From IMG/VR virus record IMGVR_UViG_3300036770_006790, positions 1-61,513 of that record: a stretch of 61,513 nt of DNA. One strand, 5' to 3'. Within the stretch, counting starts at the first letter, position 1, and each line of letters begins with the position of its first letter. The translations under genes and the position numbers were made by a program. The notes under the pieces were generated by a model that saw nothing but the letters and a program-made list of their open reading frames with translations, was not told the origin of the DNA and did no database searches. The stretch is from a virus. Its lineage: Duplodnaviria > Caudoviricetes. Shown piece by piece: positions 28,943-39,164 of this stretch.

Positions 28943-29221
28943 TCAATATTTATTTAAAATTTTGTAATTCAATAACGTATTAAAAGCCAATTTAAAAGAT
29001 ACGCTTAAATCGTTTGAACGAAATCCCATTTTTTCATCACCATCATCAACTTCGTTCAATAGAACCTCTAACAACATTTTAACCGTATCAAATTTTATTA
29101 AATTAACCTGAGTATCGATTTGTTCTTCGTCATCTATATTGCTTTTTAATTCGACAAATTCTTCTATTTTTTTCAAATCGATGTAATAACTTTCACCAAA
29201 AATATCAAGCATATTCTTCAA
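28943..29221 (-). CDS. Hypothetical protein
   Basis: 92 aa ORF within the operon. Confidence 0.65.
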   Translation of the reverse strand: MKNMLDIFGESYYIDLKKIEEFVELKSNIDDEEQIDTQVNLIKFDTVKMLLEVLLNEVDDGDEKMGFRSNDLSVSFKLAFNTLLNYKILNKY

Positions 29222-29795
29222 TTATTTTATTTAAATCTTTTAATTTTGTTATAGTTAATTTGCAAGTGATGCCTTTATTATACGCATTCTCGTATTTAAT
29301 TATCGTTTTATTTTTGCGACGGTCAATAATTCTTGCTGGATTAGCTGTCACTAAAATATCAATGCTTTCCCACATTGATTCAATAGTTTGTTCACTATAA
29401 AACTTCACAGTTTCACATAAGCAACTAAACTTAGATAAAAAGAACAAAGTGGCTGGCTTGGATTTGCCTATCTCGTCAGACACGATGATAATATCGTGCA
29501 AATCCCTAAAAGATAAATAGAAATCATTTAAATCGTTAAATGTGCTATATTCCGTTGATGGTGCATGGCCAAAGATTTCCATAGGAAAATCCTCATATAA
29601 AAACTCATATACATCATCTGCACCATTAGGAAATGAGAAGTAATCCAATAGATTTAGACCATCAATAGGCTCTTTGATTTCGTATTTGAAATTAGTTTCC
29701 TCAGTAGAATTCACATACCACTTTTCGTAAACCTGCCTTATTTTTTCTACTGTTTCTCTTAGAACACCATTAACTTCAATTCCTATTCTCTTCAT
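29205..29795 (-). CDS. HAD-fold 5'(3')-deoxyribonucleotidase-like protein, degenerate motif I
   Basis: RIGIEVNGVLR in place of DxDGVL; C-terminal YN motif. Confidence 0.55.
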   Translation of the reverse strand: MKRIGIEVNGVLRETVEKIRQVYEKWYVNSTEETNFKYEIKEPIDGLNLLDYFSFPNGADDVYEFLYEDFPMEIFGHAPSTEYSTFNDLNDFYLSFRDLHDIIIVSDEIGKSKPATLFFLSKFSCLCETVKFYSEQTIESMWESIDILVTANPARIIDRRKNKTIIKYENAYNKGITCKLTITKLKDLNKIIEEYA

Positions 29796-30499
29796 TGATA
29801 TCTTTTCAGTATTTTTGATATAATCTTATTTCTAACTATATCATCTTCACCGAAAATGTAAATACAAATTTCTTCCATATCTGACAATCTTTGAGTAACA
29901 TCATAAAGCCCAGATTTTTGTGAGTTTTTATATATGTCTGATTGCTCCAAATCTCCTGATATGATAAACTTGCTGTTCTCGCCAATCCTCGTTAAAAACA
30001 TCTTAACTTCGTTCGGAGAACAGTTTTGCGCTTCTTCCAGCAAAACAACGGCATTATCGATTGTCATACCCCTCATAAAAGAAATGGGCAATATCTCAAT
30101 AATGCCCATTTCTTTGAGTTTTAACCTTGTTTCTTTACCCACGATTTTGTCTATCAAATAATAAGAAGGGATAATATAGGGCATCATTTTTTCTTCGAAA
30201 TTTCCGGGAAGTAATCCCAGTTTTGCTTCCGCCGATTCCACTGCTGCCCTTGCAATTATAATTTTTTCATATGGTGTGGAAGGATCGGAAATTAAATCTA
30301 AAGCACATTTCAAACCCAAGTAACTTTTCCCAGAACCTGCTGGACCCGTGCATACTGTTATTTCGTGTTTCTTTAGTAGGCTGTAATATTCTTTCTGTCT
30401 GTCGTTTAAAAAACCATTTTTGTTGAATGATTTGATGATGTCTGATATTACTTCTTTTCTCGTCTTCGGCGCAATCGGTACTCTTTTCGTTCTACTCAT
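29792..30499 (-). CDS. phoH: PhoH-family ATPase
   Basis: GPAGSGKS, FMRGMT, LEEAQN, LTRIGENSK, GDLEQSD, DIVRN. Confidence 0.95.
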   Translation of the reverse strand: MSRTKRVPIAPKTRKEVISDIIKSFNKNGFLNDRQKEYYSLLKKHEITVCTGPAGSGKSYLGLKCALDLISDPSTPYEKIIIARAAVESAEAKLGLLPGNFEEKMMPYIIPSYYLIDKIVGKETRLKLKEMGIIEILPISFMRGMTIDNAVVLLEEAQNCSPNEVKMFLTRIGENSKFIISGDLEQSDIYKNSQKSGLYDVTQRLSDMEEICIYIFGEDDIVRNKIISKILKRYQ

Positions 30500-30529
30500 A
30501 AATTACAATAGTATTTTCCCATAAATATG

Positions 30530-31573
30530 CTATTCTTTTTGTTTTAAAACTATATTCTCAATCCAATTATATGTTTCTTTGATACCCTCAATAAGTGGCC
30601 TATCAAATTCAGTACCCATTTTTTTGATAAACAGTTTGTTATCTGAATTTCTCCCTCTAACACCTATTGGGCATTTATATCCATATTTTTCTATAAATTC
30701 TTCTCCGTATATATTTTTAACCGTTATATTTTTATTAGAACATTTTATTGCTATTTGGGCAAGCTCATTTATTGTGACCATTTGTTCTGAACCTATGTTT
30801 ACGGGACCAACAAACCCCTCTTGTTTCATAAAAGCAAAAACAGCATTCAAGCAATCGTCAATATACAAGAATGAACGTGTTTGATTTCCGTCTCCCCACA
30901 CCTCAAAAAATCCACCATCTTCTGTTTCGGCAGCTTTTCTACACATTGCAGCAGGAGCTTTTTCTTTACCACCCTTCCATGTTCCGTAAGGACCAAAAAT
31001 ATTATGAAATCTTGCTATCCTAACATCCAAACCATAGTTTCTATAAAAAGACAAATAAAGCCTCTCGCTGAATAATTTTTCCCAACCATATTCAGAGTCA
31101 GGGTTTGCTGGATATGCGCTTGATTCCTCGCAGTTTGGGTTATTCGGGTCTAATTGGTTGTGTTCAGGGTACATACAAGCTGAAGAAGAATAGAATATTT
31201 TTTTTACCTTTTTTAGTGCGCATTCTTTGGCGACGTTTAAATTTATCAATGCGGAATTATGCATTACGTCTGCATCATTTTCGCCCGTGAAAATATATCC
31301 AGCACCACCCATATCAGCAGCTAATTGATAGACCTCATCGAATGAATTATCAAAATCATCAATTGATTTTTGTTTTGGGCAATACATGATTTTTGATACA
31401 AATAAAGGGTCTCTTAAATCACCTAACAAAAACTCATCACAAACTTCATTATGGTCAAAGTATTCGTGATTTTTTATATCCACAACTCTAACCCAATTGC
31501 CTTCTTGTTTAAGTCTTTTTGCAAGGTGACCGCCTATAAAACCACCACCACCAAGCACTAATATATTTTTCAT
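30530..31573 (-). CDS. NAD-dependent epimerase, GDP-mannose 3,5-epimerase-like
   Basis: GGGGFIG, QLAADMGGAGYI, YSSSACMYP, YGWEK, GGKEKAPAAMCRK, GVRGRNSDN. Confidence 0.88.
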   Translation of the reverse strand: MKNILVLGGGGFIGGHLAKRLKQEGNWVRVVDIKNHEYFDHNEVCDEFLLGDLRDPLFVSKIMYCPKQKSIDDFDNSFDEVYQLAADMGGAGYIFTGENDADVMHNSALINLNVAKECALKKVKKIFYSSSACMYPEHNQLDPNNPNCEESSAYPANPDSEYGWEKLFSERLYLSFYRNYGLDVRIARFHNIFGPYGTWKGGKEKAPAAMCRKAAETEDGGFFEVWGDGNQTRSFLYIDDCLNAVFAFMKQEGFVGPVNIGSEQMVTINELAQIAIKCSNKNITVKNIYGEEFIEKYGYKCPIGVRGRNSDNKLFIKKMGTEFDRPLIEGIKETYNWIENIVLKQKE

Positions 31574-31586
31574 TCAACATAAATTT

Positions 31587-32789
31587 TTAATTCCAAGGAT
31601 TTATGACAATTTTGTTAGTTAAGTCGTATTTTGATAAATCTATGTTATTGTGTGTTATAACTAAAATATCAGAATCTTTTATGAATTTGTCAATACAATC
31701 AGTATATTCAGAATGTATGAATTTATCATAAAAGCTAACATTATAATTTTCTTTCAACAATTTCTGATAAAGAATATTACCGGGAGATTCTGTTGTTACA
31801 TATGTATTTGGTTTAAAAGATATGCCATAAATACCAATTTTTTTGGTTTTATAGTCTCTAACTTTTTCATAAAGAATTAGATTCTGATTTTCATTTATTT
31901 TTTGCGTTGCTTTTATGTGGCAAGCATCTAAACCTATGTTTTCACACAATTTTATAAAAGCCCATGTATCTCTTGGAAAACACGTTCCACCAAATGATAA
32001 TCCACTTTTTAGATAATACGGCGAAATTCTTTTATCATATCCTAATGCTTCTGTTATTTTATTTGAATTGGCATTCAATTTTTCAGCAATATTACCCAAA
32101 AAATTAGCAAAACTAATCTTCATAGTTATATACGCATTCAAACTTACTTTTGTTATTTCGCCATCAATTAAGGACATCCTAACTACTGGTGCATTATTTT
32201 TAATAATTTTCCTGTAAATACTTTCCGCTATGTCTCCATATTTTGAATCACTTTCGCCCAAAATTAAAACATCCGGAAATTCAAAATCCTTAATAACAGA
32301 ACCTAATGCGACTAAATCTGGTATATAAACTAACCCAAAATTTTTATTTAATATTAAACCTGTATTTTTTTCAATTAGATTTTTTATTTTTTCGCAAGTG
32401 CCCGGCATAACTGTAGAGCTAATGATAAAAAGAAAATCTTCTTTTCTTTCATTTTTTAATTCTTTACAAATATTGTTTACCGCATCGTACACATATTGAT
32501 TTGAAAATTCGCCATTATCATCAGATGGTGTGTTTACTAATATTATTACAACATCAGTTTGATTTATCACGCTTCTAAAACTATTAGTGTAAGTTATATT
32601 ATTTCTTGATGAAATCAAATATTCTTTTAAATTGGTCTCATAAAACGGTAATTCATTTTTAACTAATGTTGTAATTTTATTAACATCCACATCAACACCA
32701 ATAATTTTTTGCCCATTCTTTGCAAAAGTAGCTAATAATGGAAGACCTAATTTACCTAAGCCAATCAAAGCAATAGTATCTTTCTTCAT
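31587..32789 (-). CDS. UDP-glucose/GDP-mannose 6-dehydrogenase family
   Basis: GLGKLG, VNTP, STVMPGT, FGGTCFPRD, GISFKPN. Confidence 0.9.
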   Translation of the reverse strand: MKKDTIALIGLGKLGLPLLATFAKNGQKIIGVDVDVNKITTLVKNELPFYETNLKEYLISSRNNITYTNSFRSVINQTDVVIILVNTPSDDNGEFSNQYVYDAVNNICKELKNERKEDFLFIISSTVMPGTCEKIKNLIEKNTGLILNKNFGLVYIPDLVALGSVIKDFEFPDVLILGESDSKYGDIAESIYRKIIKNNAPVVRMSLIDGEITKVSLNAYITMKISFANFLGNIAEKLNANSNKITEALGYDKRISPYYLKSGLSFGGTCFPRDTWAFIKLCENIGLDACHIKATQKINENQNLILYEKVRDYKTKKIGIYGISFKPNTYVTTESPGNILYQKLLKENYNVSFYDKFIHSEYTDCIDKFIKDSDILVITHNNIDLSKYDLTNKIVINPWN

Positions 32790-32790
32790 A

Positions 32791-33831
32791 TTATCTTATT
32801 ATTTCAATTATTTTTTTCATTACATCTAGTTCGCCAATTGTTATTCTCACACAATTCTCTAAACCATCAAACATACTTCTATCCCTAACCAATATTTTTT
32901 CTTGTCGTAATTCATTAATTTTATTATTAAAATCATTTAAATAAATAAGTACAAAATTTGCTTCTGAATTTACAAATTTTATGTTATATTTTTTTAACTC
33001 TTCTTGAAATAAATTTCTATTATTTAAAATTAAATCGATTCTTTCTTGTATAAGATGATAATTGTCTAGAATAATACATCCCAATTTTTGAGCAAAACTA
33101 TTAACATCTTTGATGTTTCTAATTTTATTTATGTACCCAATCAAATTTTCATTGGCACATATGTATCCCAATCTAATAGAGGCGAGAGATAATGCTTTAG
33201 AAAAAGTTCTAGTTACAATTATGTTATCATATTTTTGAACGAGACTTACACAGCTTTTAGAAGAAAATTCATAATACGCCTCATCAATTATAAATAATTT
33301 ATTGGGATATAATTTCAATAATTCTTCTATTAAAATAGAATCAAGACAAAACCCAGTTGGATTATTAGGATTACTTAAATAAATAACATCTGCGTATTCT
33401 ATATCTTTAAAATTATAAATATGATTATTAAACGGATCCAATATTTTTGAATAAATTATATTATCACAATATAAGTTAATTTGTGTTTCTATTTGAGTAT
33501 AATTTGGATAAAAAATTAAAACTGAAGAATCTAAATTCAAAAAAGTAGAGAATATATATTGTAATGCAGAATCTGAACCATTAAATATTTGTATGTTTTT
33601 ATATTCTACTCCACAATATGTGCTAAGTTTATAAATCAATTCTACATTGTTAATATTAGGATATTCATTAAAGTTTATTTCTTTTAATGAATCAAATACT
33701 ATTTTTTTTAATTCGTTACCATATTGAATGGTACATTCATTCCAATCAAGTTTTGTAAATGCTTCATCAAAATCTCGTTCAGATGGTTTATAAGGTTTTA
33801 TTAAATTTAATCTTTTATTAACTTTTATCAT
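32791..33831 (-). CDS. PLP-dependent class I/II aminotransferase (HisC/CobD-like)
   Basis: LDWNE, NGSD, NPNNPTG, DEAYYEF, RTFSK..LASIRLG. Confidence 0.88.
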   Translation of the reverse strand: MIKVNKRLNLIKPYKPSERDFDEAFTKLDWNECTIQYGNELKKIVFDSLKEINFNEYPNINNVELIYKLSTYCGVEYKNIQIFNGSDSALQYIFSTFLNLDSSVLIFYPNYTQIETQINLYCDNIIYSKILDPFNNHIYNFKDIEYADVIYLSNPNNPTGFCLDSILIEELLKLYPNKLFIIDEAYYEFSSKSCVSLVQKYDNIIVTRTFSKALSLASIRLGYICANENLIGYINKIRNIKDVNSFAQKLGCIILDNYHLIQERIDLILNNRNLFQEELKKYNIKFVNSEANFVLIYLNDFNNKINELRQEKILVRDRSMFDGLENCVRITIGELDVMKKIIEIIR

Positions 33832-35162
33832 TTTATCTCAGTGATTACACATCTTAATTTTCCTGTTTTTGCGTCTCTTTTAATTTCATCAACCAAATTT
33901 ATTTTTATAGGTAAATTACCTACTCTTTTTTGAATTTGTTCAATTAATTCAGATTCAATTACACTATTATACATATTGTTTACTATCAAATCAAGCTCTA
34001 ATGTTTTATCACTTTTCTGGTATAATTTAAACATCATAACAGCATCTATTCTGTACATCATAGTATAAAAATTAACAGATGGTATTTTTGCATTATTTTG
34101 CGATACTATCATATCATCTGTTCTACCGTCAATGTCTTTTACCGTTAGTGGTCTACTTATATCGTAAGTAACGTTTTGATTTAATGTGACGATATCATTT
34201 GTTTGATAACGAATAAATGGCATAACATAATTTAAAAATGATGTTCCTATAATTGTATTTGTCTCACTGAATTCAGTATATGAATACGTTAAGTCTTCAT
34301 GATATAAATCTGTTTCAGAAGATTGATACATAAAGCAAACTTTTTCAGTCAATCCATAGTGCATTTTAATCCCAAAACCAAAAACTTTTTTTATTTTTTC
34401 GTTCCACTCATCTAAACATTTTTCAGATGCGCCGTGAATAGCTTTTACATATTTTAATTTTAAATTATGTTTTTCCAATAAACACGAGAGCCAGAATGCT
34501 GTTGATGGGTATGTTGATATTGTTTTTGATTTAGTTTGATTAATTAAATCAACATAAAAATTTATATTTTCGTCATTTATGTGGAACGCACTTAAGTATA
34601 GTCTTTTTAATTCGTAATCTTTCACGAATAATTTATTTGAATTTTCTGGCGAATATCTTCTTATCCATACTGACCATTCATCATATAAGTTGCCATTATG
34701 TGATCGATAACTATGTAAAACGTAAGCCGCCTCTTTTTTGTATATACTATCATCGCCATAAAACTCAAGTTTTATACCAGTAGAACCTGATGTTTTAAAT
34801 TTAATTTTTTTACCTCGATAATTCTTACTAATTAAATCATCAAAATTTTCTCTAATAATATTTTTTGTTAAAATTGGTAGTTTTTTAATATCATTTGGCG
34901 AATTTATATTTATATCGAATTCATATTCAGCAAATAATTTTGCGTAGTAAGGGACATTTTCTTTAGAATATTTCAGTAATTTTTTTAATTGATTAAATTG
35001 AAAATTTTTAGCTTCTTCATAAGTCCATTTATCAGTTTCTTCCAAAAATTTTTTTGTCATCATAAAAACATTACCATACCTATAACCAAAAGGTATCAAA
35101 TTATAATATAATTTTTTAATTATAGATGGTTGTTTTTTAATAATTTTATTTATTATACCCAT
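33828..35162 (-). CDS. CapK/phenylacetate-CoA ligase-like adenylate-forming enzyme
   Basis: LPILTK, TSGSTG, YPS, YGLTE, MPFIRYQTND, GRTDD, TGKLR. Confidence 0.85.
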   Translation of the reverse strand: MGIINKIIKKQPSIIKKLYYNLIPFGYRYGNVFMMTKKFLEETDKWTYEEAKNFQFNQLKKLLKYSKENVPYYAKLFAEYEFDININSPNDIKKLPILTKNIIRENFDDLISKNYRGKKIKFKTSGSTGIKLEFYGDDSIYKKEAAYVLHSYRSHNGNLYDEWSVWIRRYSPENSNKLFVKDYELKRLYLSAFHINDENINFYVDLINQTKSKTISTYPSTAFWLSCLLEKHNLKLKYVKAIHGASEKCLDEWNEKIKKVFGFGIKMHYGLTEKVCFMYQSSETDLYHEDLTYSYTEFSETNTIIGTSFLNYVMPFIRYQTNDIVTLNQNVTYDISRPLTVKDIDGRTDDMIVSQNNAKIPSVNFYTMMYRIDAVMMFKLYQKSDKTLELDLIVNNMYNSVIESELIEQIQKRVGNLPIKINLVDEIKRDAKTGKLRCVITEIK

Positions 35163-35469
35163 TGAAAAAATCGTTAGCGTTTATTCCTTTATCATCAATA
35201 AAAAAATCAGCATTAAATTTAACTCCAGTCCTTAATTCATTAAATTTTAAATTATACGAAATGAGTTGTTTATATGTTTCTTCATACCAATTTTTTTTTG
35301 AAACAGAACCTCTTGCAGTTTCAATAATGATATAATGCCCATTTTCATATAATTCATTTACAATATTTATCCTATCTTCAAAAGGATGTGAATTTTTATA
35401 ATCCCAGTTTCCATCTGGTTTTTTCTTTGTGTCACACAAAGTGTTATCTAAATCGAATACATACCTCAT
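35146..35469 (-). CDS. Small HAD phosphatase (capsule-biosynthesis type)
   Basis: FDLDNTLC, TARG, K..ADFFIDDK. Confidence 0.82.
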   Translation of the reverse strand: MRYVFDLDNTLCDTKKKPDGNWDYKNSHPFEDRINIVNELYENGHYIIIETARGSVSKKNWYEETYKQLISYNLKFNELRTGVKFNADFFIDDKGINANDFFNGYNK

Positions 35470-36113
35470 TGTTTTACAAAAATATAATTATGATTAGTTA
35501 TTTTTATTAAATTATAATTTTTATATTCCAAAAAATTTATCATTTTTTTGTTGTATTCTTGGTCATATATAGATTTTTCTACGCAAATTATTTCAATGTC
35601 GTAAAAATCGAAATTTATACTCTCCAAAATATCTAATTCCTTACCTTCCACATCCAATGATAAAAAATCTATATTTTTTTGTTTTATTAAATTGTTAAAT
35701 ATTTTTGTGTTTATTTTTTGCTTATCATTCCAATTATTAATTAGTGATGTCAACCCAACACCTTCCTCATTGTTTCGATAAAAAATAAATGTTTCTTTTT
35801 CATCATTATCCGCCGCATAATTTAAAATTTCAACATTTTTAATATTCTCATATAATTTGTTTAGATAATTATAAAAAGGTAAAAATGGTTCAATCAATAT
35901 TGCATCCCAATTATTTTCAACTATTAATCTTCTGGAATTAGAACCAGTCAAACCATCGGCAGCACCTATATCAATAACTAATCTATTTCTTCTGGTGTTT
36001 TTATCCTTGAAATAATTTATAACAAAGTCATCTTCTTTATCGTTAGAACGACCTATTTCAAAATTGAAACCCCATTTAGGGAATGGCCTTTTATTTATTA
36101 TTTCACTATCCAT
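35466..36113 (-). CDS. FkbM-family methyltransferase
   Basis: IDIGAADG..SNS...W..ILIEP and IDFLSLDVEGKE. Confidence 0.85.
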   Translation of the reverse strand: MDSEIINKRPFPKWGFNFEIGRSNDKEDDFVINYFKDKNTRRNRLVIDIGAADGLTGSNSRRLIVENNWDAILIEPFLPFYNYLNKLYENIKNVEILNYAADNDEKETFIFYRNNEEGVGLTSLINNWNDKQKINTKIFNNLIKQKNIDFLSLDVEGKELDILESINFDFYDIEIICVEKSIYDQEYNKKMINFLEYKNYNLIKITNHNYIFVKQ

Positions 36114-36114
36114 A

Positions 36115-36885
36115 TTACGTTAATTTTCTGTCTTCATTCTTTATTTTTCCATGTAAAAGATTGTAATATCTATTAATTATTATATTCATATTTTTTCTAT
36201 GAGCCTCTGCATGTAATAATTGGTTTTTATGTCTACCAGTTCCCCAGTGTGGTTCACTTTGATAATCAACCCAATAAATTCCGCTTACTTTACCTAAATT
36301 TTCATATGCTCTATAAGATATATCATGGTCATCATATGAATTTGGACACAATTCCTCATCAAAAAAATTCAATTTAACAACATCTGAATAATCATACATT
36401 AATGGACCTCTGTTTGCAATTTCCCTAACACCATAAAAATGTCTAGGATATCCGTTACGTCTATCAGCTTCATTATATGGGTATAAACAACCATCTTTTT
36501 CTCTATTGTTATGAGCAGTTTGTGCCGTAACAGCAAAAACATCTTTAAAACTATTAAAAGGTTTTAGCATCCTTCTATCAAAATCTTTTTCTTTAATAAT
36601 CATATCGTCTTGTATCAAAATAACATAATCATTCTCAACTTTTCTTAAACCAGCATTATTTGCTTTTAGTTCAAATACATCATCGGTATAAACAAAATCT
36701 ATTTTTTTATTATAATATTTTAATGTTTTTTTAGCCAATTCTTCGGTTTTATCTTCACATCCATCAAAAACCAAAATAATTTGTTCAGTCAATTCAGATA
36801 TATTATTTAAAATACCATTACATACATCAACAATCATATTTTGTTTGTTGTGCGTTGTTAATAAACATGTAATTTTTTTACTCAT
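36115..36885 (-). CDS. Glycosyltransferase family 2
   Basis: VFDGCED, NAGL, ILIQDD, FFDE...DDHD. Confidence 0.8.
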   Translation of the reverse strand: MSKKITCLLTTHNKQNMIVDVCNGILNNISELTEQIILVFDGCEDKTEELAKKTLKYYNKKIDFVYTDDVFELKANNAGLRKVENDYVILIQDDMIIKEKDFDRRMLKPFNSFKDVFAVTAQTAHNNREKDGCLYPYNEADRRNGYPRHFYGVREIANRGPLMYDYSDVVKLNFFDEELCPNSYDDHDISYRAYENLGKVSGIYWVDYQSEPHWGTGRHKNQLLHAEAHRKNMNIIINRYYNLLHGKIKNEDRKLT

Positions 36886-37598
36886 TTTAATCTTTTAAAA
36901 ACTCTATTGTGTCCAACGCAAATAAGCTCTTGGTAATCTTCATCTATTTCCATTTGATTTTTTACCGCATCACAAACATCTGCATGACCCTTAAATGCAT
37001 TTAATCTGTTGATTTCTTTATAACACGCCGCATCATCAAAAACAATTAAAGAATTTATTTTTGTTATTTCTTTTGCCAGTTTAATATCGGATACAACACA
37101 ATCATAATCATGACAACCATCAATATAAATAATATCAAATTTACCTTTTTCTTTGATTTTATTTTTAATACTTGCATCTGTTGAACTACCGCATAAAAAA
37201 TTTTCGTCGAAATTTATTTTAAGGTTGAAATGGCTAAATAGATTATAGATTATATTTTTATAATTTAAATCATCATAATTAGAATACTTATCTCCCACAT
37301 TTATTAACGGACTTACACCCAAAAAATAAACATTCTTTTTAAAATGTTGTGATAATAAATTAATCAAGCTTAAAATTTGACCTTTATAAACACCAATTTC
37401 TATAAATTTAAAATTATTTGGCATGTCTTTAACAATTTCACGCCACATAACATGACATGGATCTTCACCAAACCCTAAAGAGTTATTAACTATATAACTT
37501 CTATGTGTTTTTAGTAATTTATCATTTTCAAATTCTTTTAAGAATTCTAAATAAATTATGTCAACATCAATATCTTTATATTCTATAAAAGTTTCCAT
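36882..37598 (-). CDS. Class I SAM methyltransferase (Methyltransf_24-like)
   Basis: FIEIGVYKG, FDIIYIDGCHDY..V..D, IVFDD. Confidence 0.82.
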   Translation of the reverse strand: METFIEYKDIDVDIIYLEFLKEFENDKLLKTHRSYIVNNSLGFGEDPCHVMWREIVKDMPNNFKFIEIGVYKGQILSLINLLSQHFKKNVYFLGVSPLINVGDKYSNYDDLNYKNIIYNLFSHFNLKINFDENFLCGSSTDASIKNKIKEKGKFDIIYIDGCHDYDCVVSDIKLAKEITKINSLIVFDDAACYKEINRLNAFKGHADVCDAVKNQMEIDEDYQELICVGHNRVFKRLK

Positions 37599-38431
37599 TC
37601 TGTTGGTATATCAGTGGTCCAATGATGATTTGTCCATATTTTAGGCACATATATGTTTTTATGTTTATTAAAATAAGATGACCAAGCAGATAAAGTTGAT
37701 GGAGCAATTACTAAAACTTTACACTTGCTTAAAATCATCATATCAATAAACATAGGTTCATTTTCAATTATCTTAATTTTTTTATTTTTAGCATCAAAAT
37801 TTTGAATGAAAAATTTTGCTTTTTTATGATTATCCGAAATAACATAGATTTCATCAAAATTATGAAATTCTTTTTCAATTATTGAATTATAAAATTCTAT
37901 TGCTACATTTATCGCTGGATTATTGTCACTATTTATTCCCAATCTCAAATGTATACCGAGAATATTTTTTGTGTTTAAGTCTGAATAATTTTTACTGATA
38001 TAATCATGAATTGAGCTATTCAAAAAATTGTATAATTTATTAATTTGGGTCGATATAAATCTATAACCAAAATAATATCCCATTACTACACAATCTTTAT
38101 CTTGGTTTATTGTGCCACTATTTTCAAAATAAATGTTTTTATTTTCAGTTATCTTTTTAATTAAAGTGGGAGTATTCACAAAATTTAATTTTGGAAATAT
38201 TTCATATATTGAACTTGGCAATCCATTTTTTATTAGAAGTTTATGCCCACCAAAATCATCAAAATCGGATTCTCTTAAAACTAAATTTCTATATTTTTCA
38301 ACATCTCCAGAAATTGGTAAAATCCTATGGAATATAATGTTTGCATTTAATTCTTCTTGTAGCCTTAAAGCATTAGCAATCTGATATAATCGATTTCCAA
38401 AACCACCAACTAATATAGGATATATCGTCAT
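37583..38431 (-). CDS. GT11 alpha-1,2-fucosyltransferase-like
   Basis: GGFGNRLYQ, GIHLRLG, SD, D...LSKC...STLSAW. Confidence 0.82.
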   Translation of the reverse strand: MTIYPILVGGFGNRLYQIANALRLQEELNANIIFHRILPISGDVEKYRNLVLRESDFDDFGGHKLLIKNGLPSSIYEIFPKLNFVNTPTLIKKITENKNIYFENSGTINQDKDCVVMGYYFGYRFISTQINKLYNFLNSSIHDYISKNYSDLNTKNILGIHLRLGINSDNNPAINVAIEFYNSIIEKEFHNFDEIYVISDNHKKAKFFIQNFDAKNKKIKIIENEPMFIDMMILSKCKVLVIAPSTLSAWSSYFNKHKNIYVPKIWTNHHWTTDIPTEWKLL

Positions 38432-39162
38432 TATAATTCAAAATTTTTATTTCTGTGATGTAAAAAAATTTGATTAAAACCTCTACACCCACATTTATTT
38501 CCCCATTCAGACGGATCCACTAAAGGTTTAATATCATATTTTATTGCTAATAAAGATAAAACACTTTGGTCATGCCTATGATCATAATATCCAGAATAAT
38601 TGCTACCAAATAAATTATCAGAATCTTTTAAAATATTTTCATTTTGACAAAAAATTAAGTATTCGTAAACAAAATCTAAAGAATTTTTTGATTTTTTATA
38701 AATCTGATATGAAGCGTTTAAATGCAATCCATTTATATATTTATCAGAATCACAACCCATTAAAACGAAACAGTCTTTCTTACAAGAAATGTAATTTCTC
38801 GCAGAATCGCCATTTGTCATACCATCTCTATTATCAAATAGAATTATATCATTTTCATTTTGTATATAATTAAATATCTCATTTGGATTGTTTACAAAAA
38901 TATTACCAGCATCCACATAAAAAACAGAATCACCATATTCACAATCTAATAATGTTTTATAGATAAAATATGGTTTCCATAGCCAATATCCTGCACCTTT
39001 TTTTTCTTTTAATATGTTTTTATTCTTAATTGCAAAATCAGAATCAATATATTCTGGAGTATATTCTAATATTTCATCAAAATAATTATGTGCGCTTTTG
39101 ATAAGAGACTTTTTAGCTATGGAATAATCTTCAGTATAAAACGTTATTAATATTTTTTTCAT
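38431..39162 (-). CDS. Putative glycosyltransferase (GT-A like)
   Basis: GYWLWKP, YVDAG, DHRHDQSVLSLL. Confidence 0.6.
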   Translation of the reverse strand: MKKILITFYTEDYSIAKKSLIKSAHNYFDEILEYTPEYIDSDFAIKNKNILKEKKGAGYWLWKPYFIYKTLLDCEYGDSVFYVDAGNIFVNNPNEIFNYIQNENDIILFDNRDGMTNGDSARNYISCKKDCFVLMGCDSDKYINGLHLNASYQIYKKSKNSLDFVYEYLIFCQNENILKDSDNLFGSNYSGYYDHRHDQSVLSLLAIKYDIKPLVDPSEWGNKCGCRGFNQIFLHHRNKNFEL

Positions 39163-39164
39163 CC

